Of a stretch of 64,000 nt of DNA, positions 1 to 9,432 are shown one piece after another (the stretch's first letter is position 1; each line of letters opens with the position of its first letter). The DNA is from Longimicrobiales bacterium. Lineage in GTDB: Bacteria > Gemmatimonadota > Gemmatimonadetes > Longimicrobiales > Gaopeijiaceae. The position numbers and the translations under genes were made by a program. The stretch lies in contig CAXXKM010000001.1 of assembly GCA_963664435.2 (NCBI GenBank), positions 736,001 through 800,000 of the forward strand. The letters run 5' to 3'. The notes below the pieces were generated by a model that saw only the letters and a list, made by a program, of their open reading frames with translations, made no database searches and was not told the origin of the DNA.

Positions 1-2
1 TG

Positions 3-161
3 AGGCGCAAGTTCGCCTCCGACCTCATGGACCAGCCGCTGAAGGTGCTCTGTGAACTCGGCGGATGGAAGGAGGCCCGGACGGTCCTCACCTGCTATCA
101 GCGGGCCGACGAGGGACAGCTTAGGAAAGCCCTGGCAGACCGCCGCAGGGTTCGCCCCTGA
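3..161 (+). CDS. Tyrosine recombinase/integrase, C-terminal end (gene starts before the window)
   Basis: Manual translation from nt 3: RRKFASDLMDQPLKVLCELGGWKEARTVLTCYQRADEGQLRKALADRRRVRP*. Matches the box II pattern (LRR..A / LGGW / catalytic Y). Confidence 0.75.
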   Translation, partial: RRKFASDLMDQPLKVLCELGGWKEARTVLTCYQRADEGQLRKALADRRRVRP

Positions 162-166
162 AATCC

Positions 167-194
167 CAATCAGCGGGAGTCAATCGGCGGGAAT
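167..194 (+). repeat. Tandem imperfect 14-bp repeat just after the integrase (possible arm-type site)
   Basis: caatcagcgggagt / caatcggcgggaat. Confidence 0.4.
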
Positions 195-362
195 ACGGTC
201 GGCAATCGCTGCTAAGTACAACCGCTACAATCGGATGCCTTCCCGCCGGTATTTGCTTACCGTACTTGTACATACGATACCAACCCGTTCGAGTACCGGA
301 CACTCGTGGCCTGACGCACACGAAGACATCTACTACACCGCGATCCATACCGAAAGCTGACA

Positions 363-890
363 TCACCCGTCACCTTCTTGGACAGGATAGAGGCGACGTG
401 CCCTTTCCAATTGGCCACGTGCAGCCCTGTGGCCAACCTCTTCTAGGAACATCTCCCAAGGCCCCTCCTCGCTTCCGATTTCATCCCGGTCAGGTGTTGA
501 GATACCGATCTCGTTGAGATGGTAGGCGAGGGCCCGGATTTCCTGGCGGTGGTGTGGGTTGCTGGCAAGCCGGGAGAGCCGGTAGAGGTCTTGGGTCATC
601 GCAGAAAAGGTTGCGACTTCCTTAGCCTTCTTCTGCCTAGCCGGTAGCCGTTCTCGCAACCCCCAAATGGTACCTGCCAACCAAACCGATCCTCCTGCCG
701 CTCCACCAAGGGCAATGACCGGCAACAGCGCCTCTATGACAGGCCACATAGCCTTCAGCACGGACATGGCTCCGGCGAAATCCACCAGCAAGCCGAAGAA
801 CGTAGCGACAACTGCGACCGGCAACCACAACTGGCGCCAGGCTTCACGTTTCGGTTCCATTCGGTACATGGTATCGTCCCGTCCGGCCAC
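363..890 (-). CDS. Hypothetical membrane protein (two N-terminal hydrophobic helices)
   Basis: 175-aa ORF with hydrophobic segments LWLPVAVVATFFGLLV and LLPVIALGGAAGGSVWLAG, then a soluble C-terminus. Confidence 0.6.
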   Translation of the reverse strand: MAGRDDTMYRMEPKREAWRQLWLPVAVVATFFGLLVDFAGAMSVLKAMWPVIEALLPVIALGGAAGGSVWLAGTIWGLRERLPARQKKAKEVATFSAMTQDLYRLSRLASNPHHRQEIRALAYHLNEIGISTPDRDEIGSEEGPWEMFLEEVGHRAARGQLERARRLYPVQEGDG

Positions 891-1148
891 GTGACACCCC
901 CGGTCAGGTCGGCCGGCGCCGCGTGCTGACGGTTACGACCTCGGCGACGTCCGATTCTGGAACGATCGGTGCCGGCGCGGTAGGGAGCGCTACGGAACCA
1001 CCTCCGGCGGTTCCAGTCCCCGTTTCTGCCGCTGCCCCTTTTGGCGCGGCGGCCGCCGCCTTTCCAGGTCTGTCCAGAGCCTATCCGCGGATCGGAACCA
1101 ACTCGTCCTCCAAAACCCTACCCGATTCCTCACCCAACAACCGTAGCG

Positions 1149-2567
1149 CTAGGGCTCAAATCTGGTTTCCTCGGCCTCCACCACTGGGAAGGGAAAGCGA
1201 TCTCCCGTCCCCAGGTGCTCGCAATACAGGCACTCTGCAGTACATCCGGAACTCACATCGCTGTCCATCATCCCGGTTGCAAAGTGATGGGTCTGGACTC
1301 CCGGATTACCAATCCCGACAGGTTGCACGACCATGCTCAGACTCTGGCATATCATCATCCCGCTCGCAGACAGCGCGAACCCGAACACGTTCTCATTTCT
1401 TCGCAGCAAATGGTCATCGGGAAGCCGCTCGATGTACGTCGGATCGTCAAGCAAACCTTGCCTCTCAAGCGTGACGTTCGCCGGGTCGAACTGGGCGAGG
1501 CATTCCAAACATGCCCTTCCCGGCATCGCGACGTGTGCGCCCCATTCGGCCCCTCGCATCGACCCGTCCGGCTTGACGCGGACGTGCACCCCTCCGTCTA
1601 CGACCGGAATGTGGTGCGCGAATGCTACCATGTTGAGCACTTGCCTCGGCCAGGGCCGATCCACACAACTGAACAGTACGTCGCAATCCAGCGCCGCCCT
1701 CAAGCCGCTCTCCCTGGTCACCGGCTTCCTTCTCCGTCTCACGTCGACATCGTCGGCGGTCGCATGCTTGGACAGGTGCTCGCCCGCCACGTCCACCTTG
1801 AACCGACCAATGTCGTCCACGCTGGCGTGAAGAAGCCGATCCAGGTTGTGCTCCTTCACCGTGTCGAAGTCAATCAGGCTGATGGTCTCGACACCCATTC
1901 GCGCCAGGCTCTCCGCGACGATCGCGCCCACGCTTCCGACCCCGACAACGCCGCAATGGAGCCGGGCGAGCGTGTGCTGCTTCTTCTCGCCCCAAGCCGA
2001 ATAGGTCCTCTTCAGCACTTCCTTGAACCTCGGCTTCGGTGCTAGCTCGTCCATGAACGTCACGTCGAAATCATCCCCGACTACGCGAACGCTGCCACAC
2101 CACCGGCGTTCGTACTTCCGCCGCCCAACCCGGGTCCAGAAACGCCCGCTCAACGCCCCATCAGTTCCCATGGTCAGGCCCACGAGCGGCAGGCCCGTCT
2201 CCCCGAGTATCGAAGGCGCCGTGCTTCGCTCCGTGTCCACGTCCTCCCCACTCATCCCCTGCCACCCCGGCGTGAAATGACTGTGTAGCAGTGCGATGCC
2301 GGCGTTCCTCGACATCGCAGCCTCCGCCACCCGGTCCAGATAATTCGGCAGAAAGCTCGCGCCTCCATGCAGGCGCCTTTCGTTCGCGACGGGAAGAACA
2401 ACCTCCGTCAATACTGCGGTCGTCCGCGTCTCGCCGGTGCTCGGCTTCCACAGGACGAAACAGAGGTCCTCCTGCCGCTGCCCCTTCTTGATATGTTGCA
2501 GAAGGTGTCTTCTTAATGCAGCGGCGACTTCGGACGTCATCACCACGCTGTAGTCGACCGAGCTCAT
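1149..2567 (-). CDS. JAB/JAMM-like domain fused to ThiF/E1-like adenylating enzyme (Bub/Bil-type)
   Basis: N-terminal E..HSH-x8-S-x2-D. E1 motifs GVGSVG, DFD, HNLDR, CVD, CLEC and C-terminal CxxxCxxC. ATG 2567 overlaps the upstream stop (ATGA); 472 aa. Confidence 0.88.
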   Translation of the reverse strand: MSSVDYSVVMTSEVAAALRRHLLQHIKKGQRQEDLCFVLWKPSTGETRTTAVLTEVVLPVANERRLHGGASFLPNYLDRVAEAAMSRNAGIALLHSHFTPGWQGMSGEDVDTERSTAPSILGETGLPLVGLTMGTDGALSGRFWTRVGRRKYERRWCGSVRVVGDDFDVTFMDELAPKPRFKEVLKRTYSAWGEKKQHTLARLHCGVVGVGSVGAIVAESLARMGVETISLIDFDTVKEHNLDRLLHASVDDIGRFKVDVAGEHLSKHATADDVDVRRRRKPVTRESGLRAALDCDVLFSCVDRPWPRQVLNMVAFAHHIPVVDGGVHVRVKPDGSMRGAEWGAHVAMPGRACLECLAQFDPANVTLERQGLLDDPTYIERLPDDHLLRRNENVFGFALSASGMMICQSLSMVVQPVGIGNPGVQTHHFATGMMDSDVSSGCTAECLYCEHLGTGDRFPFPVVEAEETRFEP

Positions 2568-2956
2568 TGGCTCTCCCAGAGTCCCCGGACGTGCTCCATG
2601 TACCGCATCGCGTTTCTTGCGCCCGACGCCCAGTTGGGATGAGGTCTGCTCCAATACTGCCAGCCGTCTCCGAAATGCTTGCTGTGCCGTGTGCTCGAGT
2701 GAATGTGGCCGTGAGGGTGTGGACCGTCCGAGCGGTTTGCGTGGATCAGCTTGTGAACATGTGGACCGGATGGCGGCGACAGTGGAAAATCAGACGGTAC
2801 GACGATCCCGATGTCCACCTTCAGCCCCTCGTACTTGCCGTCAGACACACGGTACCTTGGGATCATGACGTGCTCGTCGCCCAACTCCTCGACCTCCATT
2901 TCGGCTACCCGCAACTGCTGGGCGAAAAGGGCTCCTCCGACGAGTATCTGGTTCAT
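2564..2956 (-). CDS. Prokaryotic E2/UBC-fold protein with no cysteine
   Basis: 130 aa with VPSDFPLSPPSGPH and GWQYWSR motifs of prokaryotic E2-like proteins; lies between the Ubl and E1 genes. Confidence 0.8.
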   Translation of the reverse strand: MNQILVGGALFAQQLRVAEMEVEELGDEHVMIPRYRVSDGKYEGLKVDIGIVVPSDFPLSPPSGPHVHKLIHANRSDGPHPHGHIHSSTRHSKHFGDGWQYWSRPHPNWASGARNAMRYMEHVRGLWESQ

Positions 2957-2959
2957 CAG

Positions 2960-3571
2960 CTATCCGTCGAGTTGGGAAACGCCCTTTGGCCCGGTGTAGT
3001 GGCCAACAAACGCCGCTCCCTCGTACAGGAAGAGCAACTCCTCACCCTTCTCGTACCTGATCCTCTCGCCGTCCTTGATCTGGACCAGGTAGTTGCTGTC
3101 AGGATCGAGACCACCCAGGCGGAGAATGGCGTTCGCCGACATCGGGTTTTCTGGCGCTTCATGTGGCTCGTGGTCGACCGTAATGGCGATGGGTGGCTCC
3201 CAGACGATCTCCACGCCGTCGAGGCACTTCTTGACCAGTGCCATCGCCTCCGCTGCCGCCTTGGGCGGCTCGCCCCCACCGTCCAGTTTCAGGAGAAACT
3301 GGAACGAGGTCACCGTCACGGGTGTGAAGCGGACCGCCCAGCCTCCCCGCGCCTTCTCGAACACCCAGGCCGCCTCATCCGGCTGCACCTTGTTGTCCTC
3401 CAACACCGGCGCCCCCGGCCCATCGGACTTCAAGCTCTCCGCCACCGACATCACCTCGTCCGTGCTCACGCCCTCCTGGCTTCGCAGCAGCGGGCCCATC
3501 TCGCCCAGCAGTTCGACGCCCCAGCAACGCTCCCCGGCTTCCGACACTCTTCCTATCTTCAACAACGACAT
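2960..3571 (-). CDS. Ubiquitin-like (multiubiquitin-type beta-grasp) protein with an N-terminal extension
   Basis: Strong RBS ggaggagg. C-terminal ~75 aa ITVDHEP..ANAILRLGGLDPDSNYLVQI..F..TGPKGVSQLDG resemble bacterial multi-ubiquitin domains. First gene of the E2/E1 operon. Confidence 0.75.
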   Translation of the reverse strand: MSLLKIGRVSEAGERCWGVELLGEMGPLLRSQEGVSTDEVMSVAESLKSDGPGAPVLEDNKVQPDEAAWVFEKARGGWAVRFTPVTVTSFQFLLKLDGGGEPPKAAAEAMALVKKCLDGVEIVWEPPIAITVDHEPHEAPENPMSANAILRLGGLDPDSNYLVQIKDGERIRYEKGEELLFLYEGAAFVGHYTGPKGVSQLDG

Positions 3572-3697
3572 CAGTCACCTCCTCCGTTGGTCACGTTTGG
3601 CCCGAGGCTTAGCGCCCTCGGGGCCACATCAAGGCTCTCGCGGCACGCTCGGGCTTCCTTCCACCTCGTTGGCGTGTCGTTCCCCTCGGCCGCGCCT

Positions 3698-3775
3698 GCT
3701 AATGTCTATTAGCGTGCTTGTGATGTCAAGCGCCCACCGAGCATGCTTGATCTCCTCGAGGTTCGGAGCTAGACT
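3698..3775. promoter_or_regulatory. Divergent sigma70-like promoters with a palindromic operator
   Basis: Minus strand: TTGACA (3729-3724)-N17-GACATT, overlapped by palindrome gctaat-gtct-attagc (3698-3713). Plus strand: TTGATC (3747)-N17-TAGACT (3770). Confidence 0.6.
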
Positions 3776-3837
3776 GAAGCTTGGGAAGCGCAGTCGAGGA
3801 AGACGTGCTTGGTGCCCCTGTCTCGGAGGGATGCAGC

Positions 3838-4185
3838 GTGACGCCCACACTCGGACAGTATCTTGCTTCCATCCGTGCAGACCGGAAGATGACCCTGCGT
3901 GAAGTAGAGGAGGCCACCGACAAAGGAGTCTCGAACGCCTACCTCAGCCAAATCGAGAATGGCAAGATTCGTAAGCCCTCACCCAATATCCTTCATTCAC
4001 TGGCCGAGATCTACGCGATCAGCTTCGAGAATCTGATGGCCAAGGCTGGCTATCTCATGCCATCCTCACGCCGCTCGGACGCTGAGCGCCACGGTCGCGT
4101 GGCGACGTTCGCCGAGTACAACTTGACGGAGGAGGAGGAATCGGAGTTGCTACGATTCCTCCAATTCATCCGCAGCAAATCGTGA
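3838..4185 (+). CDS. XRE/HTH transcriptional regulator (CapH-like)
   Basis: LGQYLASIR..TLREVEE..SNAYLSQIENG..PS HTH_3 signature. GTG 3838 has RBS ggaggg; TTG 3781 is an alternative start. Confidence 0.9.
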   Translation: MTPTLGQYLASIRADRKMTLREVEEATDKGVSNAYLSQIENGKIRKPSPNILHSLAEIYAISFENLMAKAGYLMPSSRRSDAERHGRVATFAEYNLTEEEESELLRFLQFIRSKS

Positions 4186-4188
4186 CCC

Positions 4189-5238
4189 ATGATTCGACCT
4201 GACGACAGTAGGCTCGACCCGGCGGATCTCCGCGCGGTCGAGGAGCAGGCCCACCGCCTCCTCGACCGCGCAGATGCTTGGAGCGAATTCCCGATCCCCG
4301 TCAACGATATTCTCTCCGCTGCCAAGGTCCACGTTGCCCGGACCACCGCTTTCGACCCGGCCGCAATCGTCTCTTACGTCAAGGACACGGCGGTCGACAC
4401 GGGCACCCTCGTTAAATCCGCGATCAGTAAGGTGTTCGGCGTATACGATGCCGGCGCCGCCGTCATCCATGTCGACCACACCCTTGTGGCAGCCAAGCAG
4501 ACCTTCCTCAAGCTGCACGAGGTGGGGCACCACGACCTTCCCACTCACCGCAAGATGTTCCGGTTCTTCCAAGACTGCCGGAAAACCCTGGACCCGACCA
4601 TCGCCGATCAGTTCGAACGTGAAGCCAACAACTTCGCGCGGTTCCTCCTGTTCAAGGGCCGTACCTTCGCTGAACACGCCGCCGATTACCCCTTCGAAAT
4701 CAAGACACCAATCACACTCGCCAGGAGATTCGGCGCTTCGGTTTACGCCTCTTTTCGTGAGTATGCGCGTACCAACCCGAGGCCGTGCCTCGTTCTTGTT
4801 CTCAACCAACCTGAAACCACCGAGAGTACCGGCGTCCGCGCGACGGTTCGACGCATCGAACCCTCACCCTCCTTCCTCACCCGCTTCGGCCGGCCGTCGA
4901 TCGAGACCGTTACTCCCGACCATCCGCTTTGGCCCGTCGTTCCCCTTGGCCGCAGAATGACCCAGCCGATGTCGCTGCCGTTCGCCGACTGCAACGGGCT
5001 ACAACACGAATGCGTCGCCGAAGCGTTCGATACTACGTACAACATCCTGATCCTGCTCTATCCTCTGAGCGCACTCAACACCAAGCGTATTCTCGTGCCA
5101 GCCGCAATAGACTCCGCCGAGCGGACGAGCTCCGTATCCGTTCCGCGCCAAGGCGTCCACGCATCTGGATCTACGGAACCTCTGCAGACGGTGGAAGGAA
5201 GGGCCGGCGCTGTTAGCGAAGCGCCGAAACCGGCCTGA
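4189..5238 (+). CDS. ImmA/IrrE-family Zn metallopeptidase (CapP-like)
   Basis: FLKLHEVGH (HExxH) and EREANNFA..LLF motifs; starts 3 nt after the HTH gene. Confidence 0.88.
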   Translation: MIRPDDSRLDPADLRAVEEQAHRLLDRADAWSEFPIPVNDILSAAKVHVARTTAFDPAAIVSYVKDTAVDTGTLVKSAISKVFGVYDAGAAVIHVDHTLVAAKQTFLKLHEVGHHDLPTHRKMFRFFQDCRKTLDPTIADQFEREANNFARFLLFKGRTFAEHAADYPFEIKTPITLARRFGASVYASFREYARTNPRPCLVLVLNQPETTESTGVRATVRRIEPSPSFLTRFGRPSIETVTPDHPLWPVVPLGRRMTQPMSLPFADCNGLQHECVAEAFDTTYNILILLYPLSALNTKRILVPAAIDSAERTSSVSVPRQGVHASGSTEPLQTVEGRAGAVSEAPKPA

Positions 5239-5704
5239 AGCAAATGGAGCGCGATACTCTATGACCGAAGGGCTACGACAACGGACTGGGAAGATTGCGA
5301 TCGCTCTCTCAGGGGGTGGTCACCGTGCCTCGTTGTTTGGACTCGGCGTGTTAATCTATCTCACCGACGCAAGTCGGAACCGAGATGTCGTGTCTATTTC
5401 TTCGGTGTCAGGTGGATCACTTACGAATGCCTGCCTGGCCCAGAGCGGAGACTACTCCAACCTCACACCGGAAGAGCTGGAAAGTCGCATCGTCCGACCC
5501 TTAGCTCGACGAGTGGCGCACCTCGGTACACTCTGGGCGTCCTGGACTACATGGATCTACGTCGTCACGCTATTTGCTGGAATCGCGGCGTTGGTCGCGC
5601 TTTACTGGCTCCCGGTGGATCTCCTCTCGCGCACGATCTATTTCGTTCTCGGGCTTACCGGTTGGGGCCTCCTCGCCGCCTTTCGAGGCAAGATGTGCGC
5701 CCTA

Positions 5705-6838
5705 GTGTAGTGTCGCATAAGTGGCAGGGTTAACGCATGGAGAAGCCGCTATCTTCCATGCATGCCTGCTCTGCGAAGGATTCGATTGCGACCCGGGGAC
5801 CGCAAGGAGCTCGAGGGATGGGTTCGAGCCCGCACGACCCCGCAGCGGCGCGTGGAGCGCGCCCGGATCATACTGGGTTCGGCCGGAGGTTTGCCGGGCC
5901 GGACGCTGGCCCGCGAGATCGGCGTCTCGCTGCCGACCGTGCAAAGATGGCTGGACCGGTACGACGAAGAGGGGCTCGCGGGACTTGAGGATCGGTCCCG
6001 CCCCGGTCGGCCGCGAAGTACGATCACGCCCGAAGTCGAGGCCGAGGTCGTGCGCCGCACGCTCGAGGAGAAACCGCCGCGGGGGACGCACTGGAGCACC
6101 CGCCTGATGGCCGAGGGCATGGGGCTGCATCACAGCCAGGTGGGGCGGATCTGGAACGCCCACGGACTGAAGCCCCACAGGGTGCGCTACTTCAAGCTCT
6201 CCACCGATCCCCGCTTCGTCGAGAAGCTCCGCGACGTGGTGGGGCTCTACGTGGCGCCGCCGGAGCGGGCGATCGTCTTCTCCTTCGACGAGAAGAGCCA
6301 GATCCAGGCCCTGGACCGGACCCAGCCGGGGTTGCCGCTCAAGAAGGGACGGGCGGGCACCATGACGCACGACTACAAGCGCCACGGGACCACGACGCTG
6401 TTCGCGGCGCTGGACGTCGCCACCGGAGAGGTCATCCACCAGTGTCTGCCCCGTCACCGGCACCAGGAGTTCCTCCGCTTCCTGCGCACCGTCGAAAAAC
6501 AATGCGACCCGGAACTCGACCTGCACTTCATCCTCGACAACTACGCCACCCACAAGCATGCCCGAGTGAAGGACTGGCTGGACCGGCACCCCCGAGTCCA
6601 CTTCCACTTCGTGCCCACCTCGTCCTCGTGGCTCAATCTCGTCGAGCGCTTCTTCTCCGAACTCACGCAGCGCCAGCTCAAACGCCTCGCCGTCCACAGC
6701 GTCGGCCAGCTCGTCCACGCGATCACGTCCTACATCGACCACAGGAACCGCGCCCCGAAACCCTTCGTCTGGACCGCCACCGTTCGCGACATCCTGGCTA
6801 AGGTCAACCGTGCCAACACCGCTTTAGCGGCACAACAC
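5705..6838 (+). mobile_element. IS630-family insertion sequence
   Basis: Imperfect terminal IRs (gtgtagtgtcgcataag / gtgttgtgccgctaaag on the opposite strand), TA duplication at 5703-5704 and 6839-6840, CTAG target. Confidence 0.92.
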
Positions 6839-6841
6839 TAG
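5762..6841 (+). CDS. IS630-family transposase
   Basis: N-terminal HTH; DDE motifs FDEKS, ILDNYATH, LNLVERFF; 359 aa, intact. Confidence 0.95.
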   Translation: MPALRRIRLRPGDRKELEGWVRARTTPQRRVERARIILGSAGGLPGRTLAREIGVSLPTVQRWLDRYDEEGLAGLEDRSRPGRPRSTITPEVEAEVVRRTLEEKPPRGTHWSTRLMAEGMGLHHSQVGRIWNAHGLKPHRVRYFKLSTDPRFVEKLRDVVGLYVAPPERAIVFSFDEKSQIQALDRTQPGLPLKKGRAGTMTHDYKRHGTTTLFAALDVATGEVIHQCLPRHRHQEFLRFLRTVEKQCDPELDLHFILDNYATHKHARVKDWLDRHPRVHFHFVPTSSSWLNLVERFFSELTQRQLKRLAVHSVGQLVHAITSYIDHRNRAPKPFVWTATVRDILAKVNRANTALAAQH

Positions 6842-8176
6842 CCTTCCGGCGGACCCTCTACTCGGCGGGCAGACGCCCCAAGCTGCTTCGCGAAATCGAA
6901 CGCAAGAATGTGCAGCACATCATTTGTGCGACAGACGTGCGCGCAGGGCACCATGTGTATTTCTCGGGTGATTTCGTGTGCTCCTATCGGCTCGGATGGG
7001 GGTGTCCCGCTGATTTCCGCTTGGCCGATGCCGTACAGTCATCGGCAGCATTCCCCGGTGCGTTCCCACCACGTTGGATACCCACCAAGCAGCACAGCTT
7101 TGCGGACGGTGCTCGAAAGACTCCCCGGTACATGGTGTTGTCAGACGGCGGAGTCTACGACAACATGGCCGAACAGTGGCCCATCGGAGTACGTTCCCGC
7201 CAGAGACGGTGGCCGACGCAGTCCGGTGCGCTCAAGGCACCCAATTCGCTAGTAGTCGTCGATGCGTCCGGACCGATGCGATGGGCATCCGTCCGGCGAC
7301 TGCGCGTGCCGGCTATTGGGGAGATTTTCGCGTTGCTCCGCGTCATCGGTGTGCTTTACGATAAGACGACAACCACACGCCGGAGCACCTTGGTGGACCG
7401 GTTTGATCGCGCGGCACGAAAGGGACGAGGCCTCGAAGGGGCTCTTGTCATGATCAATCGTAGTCCGTATCGGACTGCGGACTACTTCAGCAAGCGAACC
7501 GAGACTTGGCCTGATCGGGCCAAGCGCGCGACCCGCGTACTCCAGGTGCTCGGCGACGAGAACCGTGAGAGGTGGGAAAACCTCGCTGACGAGAATCTCC
7601 GCGTGAAAACCACACTCTCGCGCCTTGGAGGCGAGGTGGCCGCCGGTCTTCTCTACCACGGATATGTGTCAGCAATGGCCAACTTGCACGTTATCCTTGG
7701 CTTCCCTCTGCTCCCGGTTCCGCCTGTTGACCGCTTTAGGCGGATGGTCGCTAGGTAAGTAGGCCAATGAGCGCGGCGGTCTTCTCGGATGTGCGCGCAT
7801 CAGTCAATCTAGGATTGCCCCGCGCCCAAGTGTCTTCAACACAAGCCAACCGAGATTCGCCCCACACGTCGGCCCGGCGCTGAGGCGCCAAGACATCCTT
7901 GTGTTTTGCCCCTTCGCTCCATGCGGGTTGGCGCAGATCGTCCGATTCTGGCTGCATGTTCACGCAGCCTATCTTCAGCGATCAACCTCATGCACTGGGG
8001 ACGAACGATCTGCCCTTCTTCCCGTTGTCCAACCAAATGTTGGCTGTCGGTGACCGGATCCCGCACGGGTGGTCGGCCTTGGAGAGGATCCCCAGTGCTC
8101 AGTGCAGCTAGCTAGGTCAGCGTTTTGGGCCGTGTGCGACCCCGCCAGGTACCTGGTCAAGGGGGAGTGCGGGAAG

Positions 8177-9013
8177 AGCCCTGCGGAGCGGGTGCGGATG
8201 ATCGATCGGGACGGACCGTTGAGTCTTTCGAGGCAGTGTGCGCTGCTGGGGGTGAGCCGGTCGTCGCAATACTACCGGCCGAAGGGGGAGAGCGCGGAGA
8301 ATCTGGCGCTGATGCGGCGCATGGACGAGCTGCACATGGCGTATCCGTTCTACGGCAGCCGGCAACTGATGCGGCATCTGCGCCGCGAGGGCGTCACCGC
8401 GGGCCGGCACCGGATCCGGCGGCTCATGCGCATGATGGGGATGGAGGCGACCTACCGGTGGCCGCGCACGAGCGTGGCGAGCCCGGAGCACCGGGTCTTT
8501 CCGTACCTGCTGCGCGGCCTGACGATCTCGCGGGCGGACCACGTGTGGTGCGCGGACATCACCTATGTCCCTGTGACGCAGGGCTTTTTCTATCTTGTGG
8601 CCGTGATGGACTGGGCGACCCGGCACGTGCTCGCGTGGCGGCTGTCGAACACGATGGACGCGTCGTTCTGCGTCGAAGCCCTGGACCACGCGCTGGGCTG
8701 GCGGGCTCCGGAGATCCTGAACACCGATCAAGGCGCCCAGTTCACCAGCGAGGCGTTTACGGACCGGGTGCTGGCGGCGGGCGTGACGTTCTCGATGGAC
8801 GGCCGGGGCCGCTTCCTCGACAACATCTTCATCGAACGGCTGTGGCGGTCGCTGAAGTACGAGGCGGTGTACTTCCACGAGCTGCGGGACGGCCTCGACG
8901 CCAAACGCATCATCGGCTCGTGGATCGACTTCTACAACGAGGTGCGCCCACACTCGTCGCTGGACGGACGGACGCCGGGCGAGGCTTATCGCGAGCGCGC
9001 GGAGGCGTGGTGA
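8177..9013 (+). mobile_element. IS3-family transposase OrfB (OrfA and left end missing)
   Basis: RQCALLGVSRSS.YY, FYGSR, WCADITY, NTDQGAQF, IERLWRSLKYE, YNEVRPHSSL. Confidence 0.85.
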
Positions 9014-9264
9014 GGACGATCCGGCGCAACGCCACCCAACCGACGCAACGACGCCTGCGAGCGTGGGAATTGCCGCACGCCGGTTCCCTCCGTCCACCCG
9101 TCGGCAGCGAGTCCCGACGGGAAGACGGAGGTTATGTTCAAACCGGGCTCGGGGGAAAGCGTCCAGACCGACCGGCTCGGGACCCCGCCGGTCCCCGGTC
9201 AGACGCGCTCGGCCCGGGCTCGAGCGAGATCACCGAGGGCTTTGGAGACCATCGGAATCCACCT

Positions 9265-9382
9265 TAAGCGGCAATCGAACGTCCCGCCGGGCTCGAAGTC
9301 CAGATGCAGGTCCAGGCCGCGCTTCGCCGCGTCGAACTCCGTCCGCTTCGCCCGCCACGGCCACCCCGAACAGCGAGGAGCC
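9265..9382 (-). mobile_element. ISL3-family remnant (terminal repeat plus short N-terminal transposase fragment)
   Basis: Minus strand ggctcctcgctgttcggggtgg resembles ISL3 ends, followed by PWRAKRTEFDAAKRGLDLHLDFEPGGTFDC. Confidence 0.55.
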
Positions 9383-9432
9383 AGTGTTATTCCCTTGGTC
9401 GAACGACTGCGGCGTTCTTCCAACCCTTCCAC

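Larger units (their letters stand above)
5261..7758 (+). pseudogene. Patatin-like phospholipase with transmembrane insert, interrupted by IS630
   Basis: 5' part has LSGGGHRA, SVSGGS and two TM helices; 3' part has SDGGVYDN. Removing the IS plus one TA rejoins 5704 to 6841 in frame (453 aa). Confidence 0.88.

Noticed and set aside
1041..3902. Long plus-strand ORFs 1041-2045, 2516-3712 and 3093-3902
   Set aside because: Antisense shadows of the motif-bearing minus-strand operon, as expected in high-GC DNA.
7759..8176. Short ORFs between the patatin and the IS3 remnant
   Set aside because: No RBS, motif or coding pattern I can support.
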